DNA of 64,000 nucleotides from Pseudomonadota bacterium (GTDB lineage Bacteria; Desulfobacterota; Desulfarculia; Desulfarculales; Desulfarculaceae): NCBI GenBank assembly GCA_018896025.1, contig JAHIND010000004.1, positions 66,512 to 130,511 of the forward strand, read 5' to 3'. Shown piece by piece: positions 46,913 to 54,474 of this stretch (position 1 is its first letter; each line of letters starts with the position of its first letter). The notes under the pieces were generated by a model. It saw only the letters and a program-made list of their open reading frames with translations, ran no database searches and was not told where the DNA came from. The position numbers and the translations under genes were made by a program.

Positions 46913-48067
46913 ATGAGCGTCCCGGTGCTGTGGTTGACCGGTTCGGCCCCGGCCCGAAAGCGGGCCGCGGAGCTGATCGCCGCCCTGCCTGGGGACGCCC
47001 AAACCCTCACTCTGGGCCCGGCCGGAGACCCTGAGCCTGATCTTGATCTGGGCTCCACCCCAGACCTGGCCCTGGCCCTGATGGCCTGCCCGCCCGCCCT
47101 GCGCCCGGCGGCGCTCCTGGTGCTGGAGCCCCAGGCACCGCCCGCCGGGGTGGAGGGCATGCCCTGCCCCACCCTGGCCTGGGGAGCCGAGTGCCCCGCC
47201 TGCGACGCCGTGGCCCCGGCGGACGCCCAGGGCGCGGCCCAGGCCCTGCTCCTGGCCGCCGAGCGGGGCCGCGCCTGGCCCTGGTTGGAGCGGGTGAACG
47301 TGAACCTGCCCCTCCGCGACCTCTTGGGCCGCTACGCCCCCCTGGCCTCCTCGGTGGCGGTGAATCCCGAGGTGGGCATCGACCACCAGGCCCTGGACGC
47401 CATGGACCAGGAGCACATCGCCCAGGCCAAAGAGGTGTTGCGCGGCCGCCGGGTGAGCGTGCACATGCCCTTCATGGACCTGAGCCCCGGCAGCCCGGAC
47501 CCGGCCATCGCGCGCGCCAGCCTGGAACGTCTGAACAAGGCGGCTGGCTGGGCCCTGGAGCTGGGGGCGATCCGCGCGGTGGTGCATCTGGGCTACAGCG
47601 CGGACACCCACCGCGACTTGGGCGAGTTCTGTGGCCGCCTGGCCGCGGGCTTCGCGCCCCTGGCCCAGCGCCTGCACCAAGGCGGCTGCCTCATGGTCGT
47701 GGAGAACACCTTCGAGCCCGGCCCGGACGTGCTCCTGGCCGCGCGAGAGGCCATCATCCAGGCCGGGGGGCCTGAGGTGGGCTTCTGCCTGGACGTGGGC
47801 CACGCCTACTGCTTCTCGGCCACCACCCTGCCCGACTGGTGGCAGGCCCTGGGGCCCTACCTGGGCGAGCTGCATTTGCACGACAACGACGGCACCTTCG
47901 ACTACCACCACCCGCCAGGTTGCGGCATGGTGGACTGGGATTTTGTGGCGCGCTCCCTGGCCGCCCTGGAGCATCCGCCGCTGTTGACCATGGAGCCCCA
48001 CGCCGAGCCGGATTTGTGGGCCTTTTTGCGGGGCCTGGAAAAGGTGTGGGGAACCCCGCCCGCCTGA
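46913..48067 (+). CDS. Sugar-phosphate isomerase/epimerase (AP endonuclease 2 TIM barrel) with N-terminal extension
   Basis: SVHMPF, VVHLGY, VENTFE, CLDVGHA, LHLHDNDG..D.H..PG.G, EPH. Confidence 0.85.
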   Translation: MSVPVLWLTGSAPARKRAAELIAALPGDAQTLTLGPAGDPEPDLDLGSTPDLALALMACPPALRPAALLVLEPQAPPAGVEGMPCPTLAWGAECPACDAVAPADAQGAAQALLLAAERGRAWPWLERVNVNLPLRDLLGRYAPLASSVAVNPEVGIDHQALDAMDQEHIAQAKEVLRGRRVSVHMPFMDLSPGSPDPAIARASLERLNKAAGWALELGAIRAVVHLGYSADTHRDLGEFCGRLAAGFAPLAQRLHQGGCLMVVENTFEPGPDVLLAAREAIIQAGGPEVGFCLDVGHAYCFSATTLPDWWQALGPYLGELHLHDNDGTFDYHHPPGCGMVDWDFVARSLAALEHPPLLTMEPHAEPDLWAFLRGLEKVWGTPPA

Positions 48068-48147
48068 GAGAGCTCATGACCCCATCGGGGGATGCGGCGC
48101 GGGCGGGTGGATGCTTCAATAAGGGCGAACCCTAGCCGGAGGCCTCC

Positions 48148-48591
48148 ATGGACTACCGCCACATGACCGCGCCCTGCGGCCTGGACTGCTTCAACTGCTT
48201 CTTCTACCTGGCCACCCAGGGCGATCCCGAATCCCTGCGCATCACCAAGGCCTATCACCACACCATGGGAGTGCCCGAGGAAATCATGCGCTGTAACGGC
48301 TGCCGGGCCCATGAGGGCCGCCCGCCCATGCACGCGGTGTCCATGGACCGGGAGGGCCCCTGCCCGGCCTATGGTTGCAGCACCGAAAAGGGCCTGGACT
48401 TCTGCTGCGACTGCGGCGATTTCCCCTGCGACCACCTGCACCCTTACGCCGACCGGGCCGACAAGGTGCCCCACAACACCAAGGTGTTCAACCTGTGCCT
48501 GATCAAAAAGATGGGCCTGGAGAAATGGGCCCAGGAAAAGGCGGGCCAGGTGCGCCAGACCTACTTCTACAAGTGGTGGACCCTGACCTGA
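48148..48591 (+). CDS. DUF3795 Cys-rich protein
   Basis: APCGLDCFNC...CNGC...C...C...FCCDCGDFPC. Confidence 0.85.
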   Translation: MDYRHMTAPCGLDCFNCFFYLATQGDPESLRITKAYHHTMGVPEEIMRCNGCRAHEGRPPMHAVSMDREGPCPAYGCSTEKGLDFCCDCGDFPCDHLHPYADRADKVPHNTKVFNLCLIKKMGLEKWAQEKAGQVRQTYFYKWWTLT

Positions 48592-48600
48592 GCCTGTGGC

Positions 48601-48924
48601 TCAGCCGCTCTGGCTGGTGAGCTTGAGCCCCACTATGCCCGCCAGGATCAGGGCCAGGAAGAAAAGGCGGGCCGGGTTGTGGGGCTCGCCGAAGATAAGG
48701 ATGCCCATAACCGCCGTGCCCGCCGCGCCGATGCCGGTCCACACCGCGTAACCGGTGCCCACCGGCAGGCTCCTGAGGGCCCAGGCCAACAGGGCCACGC
48801 TGACCGCCATGCCCGCCAGGGACAGGGCGCCCATTCCCAGGCGGGTGAAGCCGTCCGAGGCCTTCATGGCCAAGGCCCACACCACCTCGAAAATTCCGGC
48901 CACGCATAATATCAACCAGGGCAC
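48601..48924 (-). CDS. SMR/DMT exporter, SugE/Gdx-like
   Basis: AGIFEVVWA, YAVWTGIG; GGAGG RBS + GTG 48924 gives 107 aa. Confidence 0.88.
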   Translation of the reverse strand: MPWLILCVAGIFEVVWALAMKASDGFTRLGMGALSLAGMAVSVALLAWALRSLPVGTGYAVWTGIGAAGTAVMGILIFGEPHNPARLFFLALILAGIVGLKLTSQSG

Positions 48925-49050
48925 GGCGACCTCCCCTTTTGGTGAAACGTCAGGGCCTTCGGCCAAAGCCTACCCCATGGCGGCCCGCAAACCCAGGACT
49001 CCGCCCCGCCGGCAGCGGCAACATATTAATCACCCTATAAATTTTATTAG

Positions 49051-49103
49051 TTATTGTTTTACGATAATTTTTAGTTGACATAGTTGATGTGGCGCGGCAT
49101 TAT
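49051..49103 (+). promoter_or_regulatory. Operator palindrome and promoter for the DUF2975/HTH pair
   Basis: TTATTGT-TTT-ACGATAA (49051-49067, one mismatch); TTGACA (49075-49080)-N17-CATTAT. Confidence 0.55.
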
Positions 49104-49156
49104 TCTATCCATGATCCTGCCTCGAAAAAATAAAACGCAACCCCAAGGAGCCCTCC

Positions 49157-49690
49157 ATGGACCAACAAGTTGAGCGCATAGCCAAGGTGAGCGCGCGCCT
49201 GCGCCTGGTTTCCACCCTGCTGATGTTCGCCATCCCCGTGGTGCTGGCCCTGGTCTGGGCCTTCGTGAACCACCTGCCCTATTTCAGCGGCCAGCTTCCG
49301 GTGCCTGTGAAGGGCTACCTGCCCCGGGCCACGCGGGCCCTGGCCTTCCTGGCCAGCATGCTCCCCGGCGGAGTGGCCATCTATGCCCTGTCGCGTTTGC
49401 GGCGGCTTTTCGACCTCTACGCCCATGGAGTGATCTTCCGGGCGGCCAACGTGGAGTGCTTCCGCCAGCTGGGCTATGCCCTGTTCGCCTGGGCAGCGGC
49501 CGGCTTTTTATTCAAAACCCTGGCCGGAATCATCCTCACCTTCCACTGGACCCCGGGCACCCGCCTATTGGTGGTGGGCATAGACAGCCAGGATGTGGTG
49601 GCCGTGTTCATGGGCCTGGTGGTCATCACCGTGGCCTGGGTCATGGACCAGGGCCGCAAGCTATACGAAGAGCAGGAACTTTTCGTCTAG
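49157..49690 (+). CDS. DUF2975 membrane protein
   Basis: GVIFRAANVECFR; C-terminal VMDQGRKLYEEQELFV; paired with HTH gene. Confidence 0.85.
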   Translation: MDQQVERIAKVSARLRLVSTLLMFAIPVVLALVWAFVNHLPYFSGQLPVPVKGYLPRATRALAFLASMLPGGVAIYALSRLRRLFDLYAHGVIFRAANVECFRQLGYALFAWAAAGFLFKTLAGIILTFHWTPGTRLLVVGIDSQDVVAVFMGLVVITVAWVMDQGRKLYEEQELFV

Positions 49691-49702
49691 GAGGGCGTAG
49701 CG

Positions 49703-49915
49703 ATGATCGTAGTCAACCTGGATGTGATGCTGGCCACGCGCAAGGTGAAGTCCAAGGACCTGGCCCAGGCGGTGGGCATCACCGAGCAGAACATATCGCT
49801 TATCAAGACCGGCAAGATCAAGGGCCTGCGCCTGGCCACCCTGGACGCCATCTGCCGCTTCCTGGAGTGCCAGCCGGGGGATATTCTGGAGTACCGGGCG
49901 GAGGAGGAGGATTGA
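49703..49915 (+). CDS. Cro/C1-type HTH regulator (YozG-like)
   Basis: LAQAVGITEQNIS...TLDAICRFLECQPGDILEY. Confidence 0.92.
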   Translation: MIVVNLDVMLATRKVKSKDLAQAVGITEQNISLIKTGKIKGLRLATLDAICRFLECQPGDILEYRAEEED

Positions 49916-50063
49916 TTTAAAAGACACTCCTAGCCTGCCATACGGCGTGCCGAACTCAACCCACGCCGCGATTTCCCCCTAGTTAAGAGAAGGTCTGTCT
50001 TTGTTGAAGATCAGAGGGAGAAGCTCGTCCTAAAACTGGCGATCAAAGAAAGGAGAAGAGGCG

Positions 50064-51218
50064 ATGATGAAGAAATTTATAATCATGGCCCTGGCGGTAA
50101 TGGCCGCGTTGGCCGTATCCGTACCGGCCTGGGCAGTGGAGCCATCTACCTACACCTTCGAGATGGCCGCCCGTATGCTGACCGACATCGGCTGGCAGCA
50201 AAAAAGCTCGGAACTCACCAACAACAAGAGCAGCGATGTGGGTTCCTGGTTCATCAACATGCCTGGCCACAGCTACCTGCGTGCCCGCTTCCACAGCGTG
50301 GATAAAAATGTTGGTGGCCGCATTGAGCTGGGGCTAAAGAGCCTGCAGCCGGACACCAACGTCAGCCTGCGTTACGCCTATGGCTACTGGCGGGTGGGCA
50401 ACTGCCGCATCCTGGCCGGTCAGACCGACAACTGGTTCGGCTCCCTGGCCTACCACGTGCGGCAATACGTCGGCCTGAACGAAAACTCCCACCTGCTGCT
50501 GTTCGGCTGGGGCTTTCTCTGGCCGCACCGGGTGCCGCAGGTGCAGTTCACCTACAACAACGACACCTGGGGCGTCCAGTTCGCGCTGGAGGAGCCGCGC
50601 CAGACGACCAATTACTTCGGCTCAGGCACCGACACCAGCTTCGTGTTCCCGCGCGCCAGCCTGACCTTTATGTTCAAGTATGGCGCTTTCATGACCCACC
50701 CCGGCTTCAGCTTCGTTCAGCACAGCTATGAGGCCGGTGACACCGGGGCCTTTGACGACAGCTACACCACCTGGGCCTTCGTCCTGCCCATGAAGTACAC
50801 CACCGGTCCCTTCACCCTGAAGTTCCAGGCCCACTGCGGAGCCAACTTCGCCACCGAGTATCCCTTCTACCCAACTGACTGGACCCGCCCCTACCGCAGC
50901 GAGATCACCAGCGGCGAAATTGAAAACACCAGCATTTTTGGTGCGGTAATCGCCGGTGAGTACCAGATCGGCAAACTGATGCTTACCGCCGGCGTTGGCT
51001 ACGAATCCTTTACCAACGACGCCTGGTCTGAAAAGAACGGATACTCCAAGGACGAGACCAAGCGCGTCGGCGCCTTCATCGCCGCGCCTTACCAATTCAC
51101 CCAAAACTTCGGCATTCATCCCGAGCTCTCTTACTACAGCTATGGCGACAATCCCAAAACCGGTGATGACATGGGCAAGGAGTGGCTGCTGGGCGTGCAG
51201 TTCCGCTTCGTCTTCTAA
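50064..51218 (+). CDS. Outer-membrane beta-barrel / porin-like protein
   Basis: Sec signal peptide (...VPAWA), alternating aromatic beta-strands, C-terminal Phe (QFRFVF). Confidence 0.75.
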   Translation: MMKKFIIMALAVMAALAVSVPAWAVEPSTYTFEMAARMLTDIGWQQKSSELTNNKSSDVGSWFINMPGHSYLRARFHSVDKNVGGRIELGLKSLQPDTNVSLRYAYGYWRVGNCRILAGQTDNWFGSLAYHVRQYVGLNENSHLLLFGWGFLWPHRVPQVQFTYNNDTWGVQFALEEPRQTTNYFGSGTDTSFVFPRASLTFMFKYGAFMTHPGFSFVQHSYEAGDTGAFDDSYTTWAFVLPMKYTTGPFTLKFQAHCGANFATEYPFYPTDWTRPYRSEITSGEIENTSIFGAVIAGEYQIGKLMLTAGVGYESFTNDAWSEKNGYSKDETKRVGAFIAAPYQFTQNFGIHPELSYYSYGDNPKTGDDMGKEWLLGVQFRFVF

Positions 51219-51324
51219 AACAAGTTAACGCCCCACGAACACTCCGGTGGATCTGGTCCAAGCCAGGCCCGCCGGAGTATATTTTGGAGTAGCGGGCGCA
51301 GGGAGGTGGCGGGTAGTGTCCGGC

Positions 51325-51960
51325 CTAGCGCAGGGCCGCGGCCAAGGCGTTCCTGGTGCGGTTGGCCACCGCGTGCACCGTGGTGCCAGCGATGGTGCCC
51401 AGGCGCCCGCGCCACCACTGCACGGCCTGCTCCAGAGCCTTAAGAGCCGCCGCGCTGTCTTCTCCCTCGGCAATGCGAAAAGCAGCCTCGACTCGCTGGA
51501 TGAACTCCAGGGCGCTCTTGTCGGCGGCTTTACCCAAGTCGTTGCCTCCGGCCATTTGACGAGCCAGATCCTGGTCTTCCCAAGCCCGCAAATCCAGGGA
51601 GCCCGCCTGACCGGCCAGACCGCCGAGGGTCAGGGTTTCCAACAACTGGTTGGTTTCGTAGCTCACCATCTTGAGCAGCATTTCTTGGGCACTTTGCACC
51701 TGCGCTTTTATCACAGACGTAACTATTTCGGTTATGCCCGACTTCACCGCATCCCAATAAGCGGCATTCTGTTCTGACAAACCATACTCTGCCAACAAGG
51801 GGCGCAACTTGTGCGAGGCCGCATCGGCCGCATTGCAAAGCAGGCCGGTGACGCGGGGCTCCCAGCGCTCCCGAAAGCGGAAGGTCTGGACCGCGAGCCC
51901 TTCTTGAATCATTAAGTCAAAATAGAGCGCTATGTCTCTCGCCGCCTGCTCCATGGTCAT
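51325..51960 (-). CDS. Hypothetical helical protein resembling the N-terminal half of a MuF/SPP1-gp7 head morphogenesis protein
   Basis: CAGGAGG RBS; ends RLGTIAGTTVHAVANRTR, resembling the R..TIARTE...A.N helix that precedes the Cys motifs in MuF. Confidence 0.5.
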   Translation of the reverse strand: MTMEQAARDIALYFDLMIQEGLAVQTFRFRERWEPRVTGLLCNAADAASHKLRPLLAEYGLSEQNAAYWDAVKSGITEIVTSVIKAQVQSAQEMLLKMVSYETNQLLETLTLGGLAGQAGSLDLRAWEDQDLARQMAGGNDLGKAADKSALEFIQRVEAAFRIAEGEDSAAALKALEQAVQWWRGRLGTIAGTTVHAVANRTRNALAAALR

Positions 51961-52034
51961 CCTCCTGGTTGCCTGCCTTTAGTCGCTCATAAGGAACTTT
52001 CGATCAAACCTCGTTGTCCTAGGCTGCCTTGCGA

Positions 52035-52298
52035 CTAGCTTTTGCCAAACGTTAAAAAAGCGAACAGTACCCACATGATGAAAGCCAGCGGGAAGGAAGG
52101 CCAAACCCACCAAAGTTTCAACGGTCTTCTGGTCCGGAAGACAAACATCAAAACCACGCAAATGGTCCACAGGAGGGGAGCGGGCCAATAGGGCCATTCA
52201 ACCCAAAAAGCCCCAAATAATGAGAACCCATCCGCCACGGTAAATATGCCTATAGCCCAGGCGGCCAAACCGAAATAGATGTCAATGTTTTTACGCAT
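52035..52298 (-). CDS. Trp-rich 3-TM paralog 5 (putative immunity protein), 87 aa
   Basis: MRKNIDIYFGLAAW...PLLWTICVVLM...KLWWVWPSFPLAF; G-rich RBS. Confidence 0.8.
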   Translation of the reverse strand: MRKNIDIYFGLAAWAIGIFTVADGFSLFGAFWVEWPYWPAPLLWTICVVLMFVFRTRRPLKLWWVWPSFPLAFIMWVLFAFLTFGKS

Positions 52299-52313
52299 GT
52301 GCCCCATCCACCA

Positions 52314-52583
52314 TTAGGCTATTTTTTTCCCAAACATCATAATGGCGAACAGCACCCACATGACAAAAGCCAGCGGGAATGAGGGCCAGACCCACCAAAG
52401 CTTCAGCGGTCTTCTGTTACGGAAAACGAACATCAACACCACACACAGAGTCCATAAAGCGGGGGCGGGCCAAGAGGCCCAGTAAACTGCGTATCCTCCC
52501 AAAGAATAGAATCCCGCGACAAAGGTGAAAATCCCAACAGCCCAGGCGGCCAAGCCGAAAAAAATGTCGATGTTTTTGCGCAT
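52314..52583 (-). CDS. Trp-rich 3-TM paralog 4 (putative immunity protein), 89 aa
   Basis: MRKNIDIFFGLAAW...PALWTLCVVLM...KLWWVWPSFPLAF. Confidence 0.8.
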   Translation of the reverse strand: MRKNIDIFFGLAAWAVGIFTFVAGFYSLGGYAVYWASWPAPALWTLCVVLMFVFRNRRPLKLWWVWPSFPLAFVMWVLFAIMMFGKKIA

Positions 52584-52605
52584 GTGCCCCCCAATCATCT
52601 CGAGG

Positions 52606-52869
52606 TTAATACCCTCCTAGGAATAACACTGCAAAAGACACCCACAAGATGAAAGCCAACGGGAAGGAGGGCCAGACCCACCAAAGTTTTATCGGCCTTC
52701 TATTGCTAACAACAAACATTAGCACCGCGCACAAAGTCCACAAACTTGGAGCCACCCACTCCATCCAAGTGAAGCGAAATTTCCAGAAAGGCCAAAACGC
52801 CGCCATCACGGCCAATAGGCCCACCAGCCAGGCGGCCAGGCCGAAAAAAACGTCCAGGTTTTTGCGCAT
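52606..52869 (-). CDS. Trp-rich 3-TM paralog 3 (candidate cognate immunity protein), 87 aa
   Basis: Starts 10 nt after the toxin stop; MRKNLDVFFGLAAW...KLWWVWPSFPLAF. Confidence 0.8.
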   Translation of the reverse strand: MRKNLDVFFGLAAWLVGLLAVMAAFWPFWKFRFTWMEWVAPSLWTLCAVLMFVVSNRRPIKLWWVWPSFPLAFILWVSFAVLFLGGY

Positions 52870-52878
52870 GTGCCCCCC

Positions 52879-53529
52879 CTACTTCGAAGGCTGATAAAGG
52901 CCTGGATAGACAAAATTCCGAAATTGCCTTCCCCACACTCGCAATTTGAATAACCATATCGCTAATCTTCTATAGTCCGTTGCATCTTCCACACTATCCG
53001 GCGGATTTCGCCACATGCGGGGATCGTCGGACAATGACTGCAAGTTATTAATTAACTCCCTATCGCAATAATCTGCATCAAACAATTCGTAGCAATCATC
53101 ATGTCCGGAACAGGCGGCGTCCAAATCATCCGCCGGGCTGGGATCGGCTGCACCTTTCGCGGATGAATCTCGTGTGTCCCGACCGGCCGACCAATACTTG
53201 CCGCACCATTTTTGGTACACAGGCCCATCGAGCAAGCCTCGGCCATTGTTCTTCCAATAACCACCGCCAGCTTTATCTCCCCCCTCGATAAAACCGGGCT
53301 TGCCATCCTGGCTCTCAAACTCCACCGTGGTGGCGGTGATGGGCTCGGTGTGGCAGCGGCAGTTAGGATGTAGCGGCGGGGTGGGCATTTCCGCCGTGGA
53401 TAACTGCCCTGCCTGGGGTTGAAAGTAAAACTCCTTTTCATGCCAGCGGGCGCACTGCTCGCAACCGCTACCCGGTCGGCTGCTCAACCATCGGAACCCC
53501 ACCACCTTGACTTGAGTCTTGGATGCCAC
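52879..53529 (-). CDS. MuF C-terminal motif fused to a secretory-type phospholipase A2 domain (putative toxin), 216 aa
   Basis: GGGAGG RBS + GTG 53529; GFRW...CEQC...PPLHPNCRC then YQKWCG...PADDLDAACSGHDDCY...YCDREL. Confidence 0.8.
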   Translation of the reverse strand: MASKTQVKVVGFRWLSSRPGSGCEQCARWHEKEFYFQPQAGQLSTAEMPTPPLHPNCRCHTEPITATTVEFESQDGKPGFIEGGDKAGGGYWKNNGRGLLDGPVYQKWCGKYWSAGRDTRDSSAKGAADPSPADDLDAACSGHDDCYELFDADYCDRELINNLQSLSDDPRMWRNPPDSVEDATDYRRLAIWLFKLRVWGRQFRNFVYPGLYQPSK

Positions 53530-53650
53530 CGCGCACCTCCCATCCCAGCAGAGTCGGCCTGGAGGCGGGGCACCCCTCACGGCGTGCGTCGCCCCTTTTC
53601 ATGCGAAGCAGTGTGGCCCAACTAGCGGCTGCGGCCCAGGGATAGAGCAC

Positions 53651-53682
53651 AAAAAAGTGCCCCCTCGGAAGAGGCACTTTTT
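53651..53682. terminator. Bidirectional intrinsic terminator between paralogs 1-2 and the toxin gene
   Basis: AAAAAGTGCC / GGCACTTTTT inverted repeat with A/T tails on both sides. Confidence 0.75.
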
Positions 53683-53789
53683 ACCGGTGTGAGCGAGATG
53701 GCCAGGGACCTTGTTGGCCTTCGGGGCTACCGCCCCACAACCAAACCTTCACCATCGGTCTGGGCAGTTTAATACGACATGGCAGATGG

Positions 53790-54071
53790 TCAATGCCCAC
53801 CGCCACCTCTGCTCATTCCAATCAGCATGATTGCTAACATCACATACACCATAAAGGCCAGCGGGAAGGAGAGCCAAACCCAGCAAAGCTTCAAGGGCCT
53901 TCTGGTGCTGAAAACGAACATGAGGACCACGCAGATGGTCCACAAAAGGGGAGCTGGCCAGTAAGGCCAGATGGCCCAGTGAAGGTGCACATAGGAAAAA
54001 CCGTCCAGCACGGTGATGATCCCCACCGCCCAGGCGGCTAGACCGAAAAAGATGTCCAGGTTCTTGCGCAT
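53790..54071 (-). CDS. Trp-rich 3-TM paralog 2 (putative orphan immunity protein), 93 aa
   Basis: MRKNLDIFFGLAAW...KLCWVWLSFPLAF. Confidence 0.8.
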   Translation of the reverse strand: MRKNLDIFFGLAAWAVGIITVLDGFSYVHLHWAIWPYWPAPLLWTICVVLMFVFSTRRPLKLCWVWLSFPLAFMVYVMLAIMLIGMSRGGGGH

Positions 54072-54093
54072 TATCACCCCGGTCGGCGGCAGG

Positions 54094-54357
54094 CTAAGAG
54101 AGCCGCGCCGCAAGGACGAACAACGTAACAAGCAACAAAAAGGCCAGAGGGAAAGAGGGCCAAACCCACCACAGGGTTTTCAGCCTGCGCTTGCTGACCG
54201 AATACATCGCAACCACGCACAAGACCCATAAACACGGCCCTCCCCACAGCTCCCAATGGAACCAAATTCTCCCAAGGGGAAAGAACGACGCTATGGCGGT
54301 TGATATGCCCACCAGCCAGGCGGCCAGGCCGAAAAATATGTCCAGGTTTTTGCGCAT
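54094..54357 (-). CDS. Trp-rich 3-TM paralog 1 (putative orphan immunity protein), 87 aa
   Basis: MRKNLDIFFGLAAW...TLWWVWPSFPLAF. Confidence 0.8.
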   Translation of the reverse strand: MRKNLDIFFGLAAWLVGISTAIASFFPLGRIWFHWELWGGPCLWVLCVVAMYSVSKRRLKTLWWVWPSFPLAFLLLVTLFVLAARLS

Positions 54358-54423
54358 GTATCCCCCCACGCGAAACGCCCCCTTCAACATTTAACATACT
54401 CGCCCGTCCCAAGAATAGAGCGC

Positions 54424-54453
54424 AAAAAAGGGCCTCCCTCGCGGGAGGCCCTT
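54424..54453 (-). terminator. Intrinsic terminator of the xanthine-dehydrogenase-family operon
   Basis: AAGGGCCTCCC / GGGAGGCCCTT stem, T-run on the minus strand. Confidence 0.8.
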
Positions 54454-54474
54454 GCTGCCTGAGCGGATCGGCAG

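Noticed and set aside
48925-49050. Guanidine riboswitch upstream of the SugE/Gdx-like gene
   Set aside because: No paired ACGR hairpins (class II) and no class I or III consensus visible on the minus strand.
51325-53529. Prophage call based on MuF similarity
   Set aside because: No terminase, portal, capsid, tail, integrase or lysis genes nearby; flanks are ordinary chromosomal genes.
52035-54357. CRISPR array or DGR explanation for the repeated DNA
   Set aside because: The repeats are full protein-coding paralogs with their own RBSs, not short repeats with spacers; no cas or reverse transcriptase gene; variation is not adenine-specific as far as I can see.
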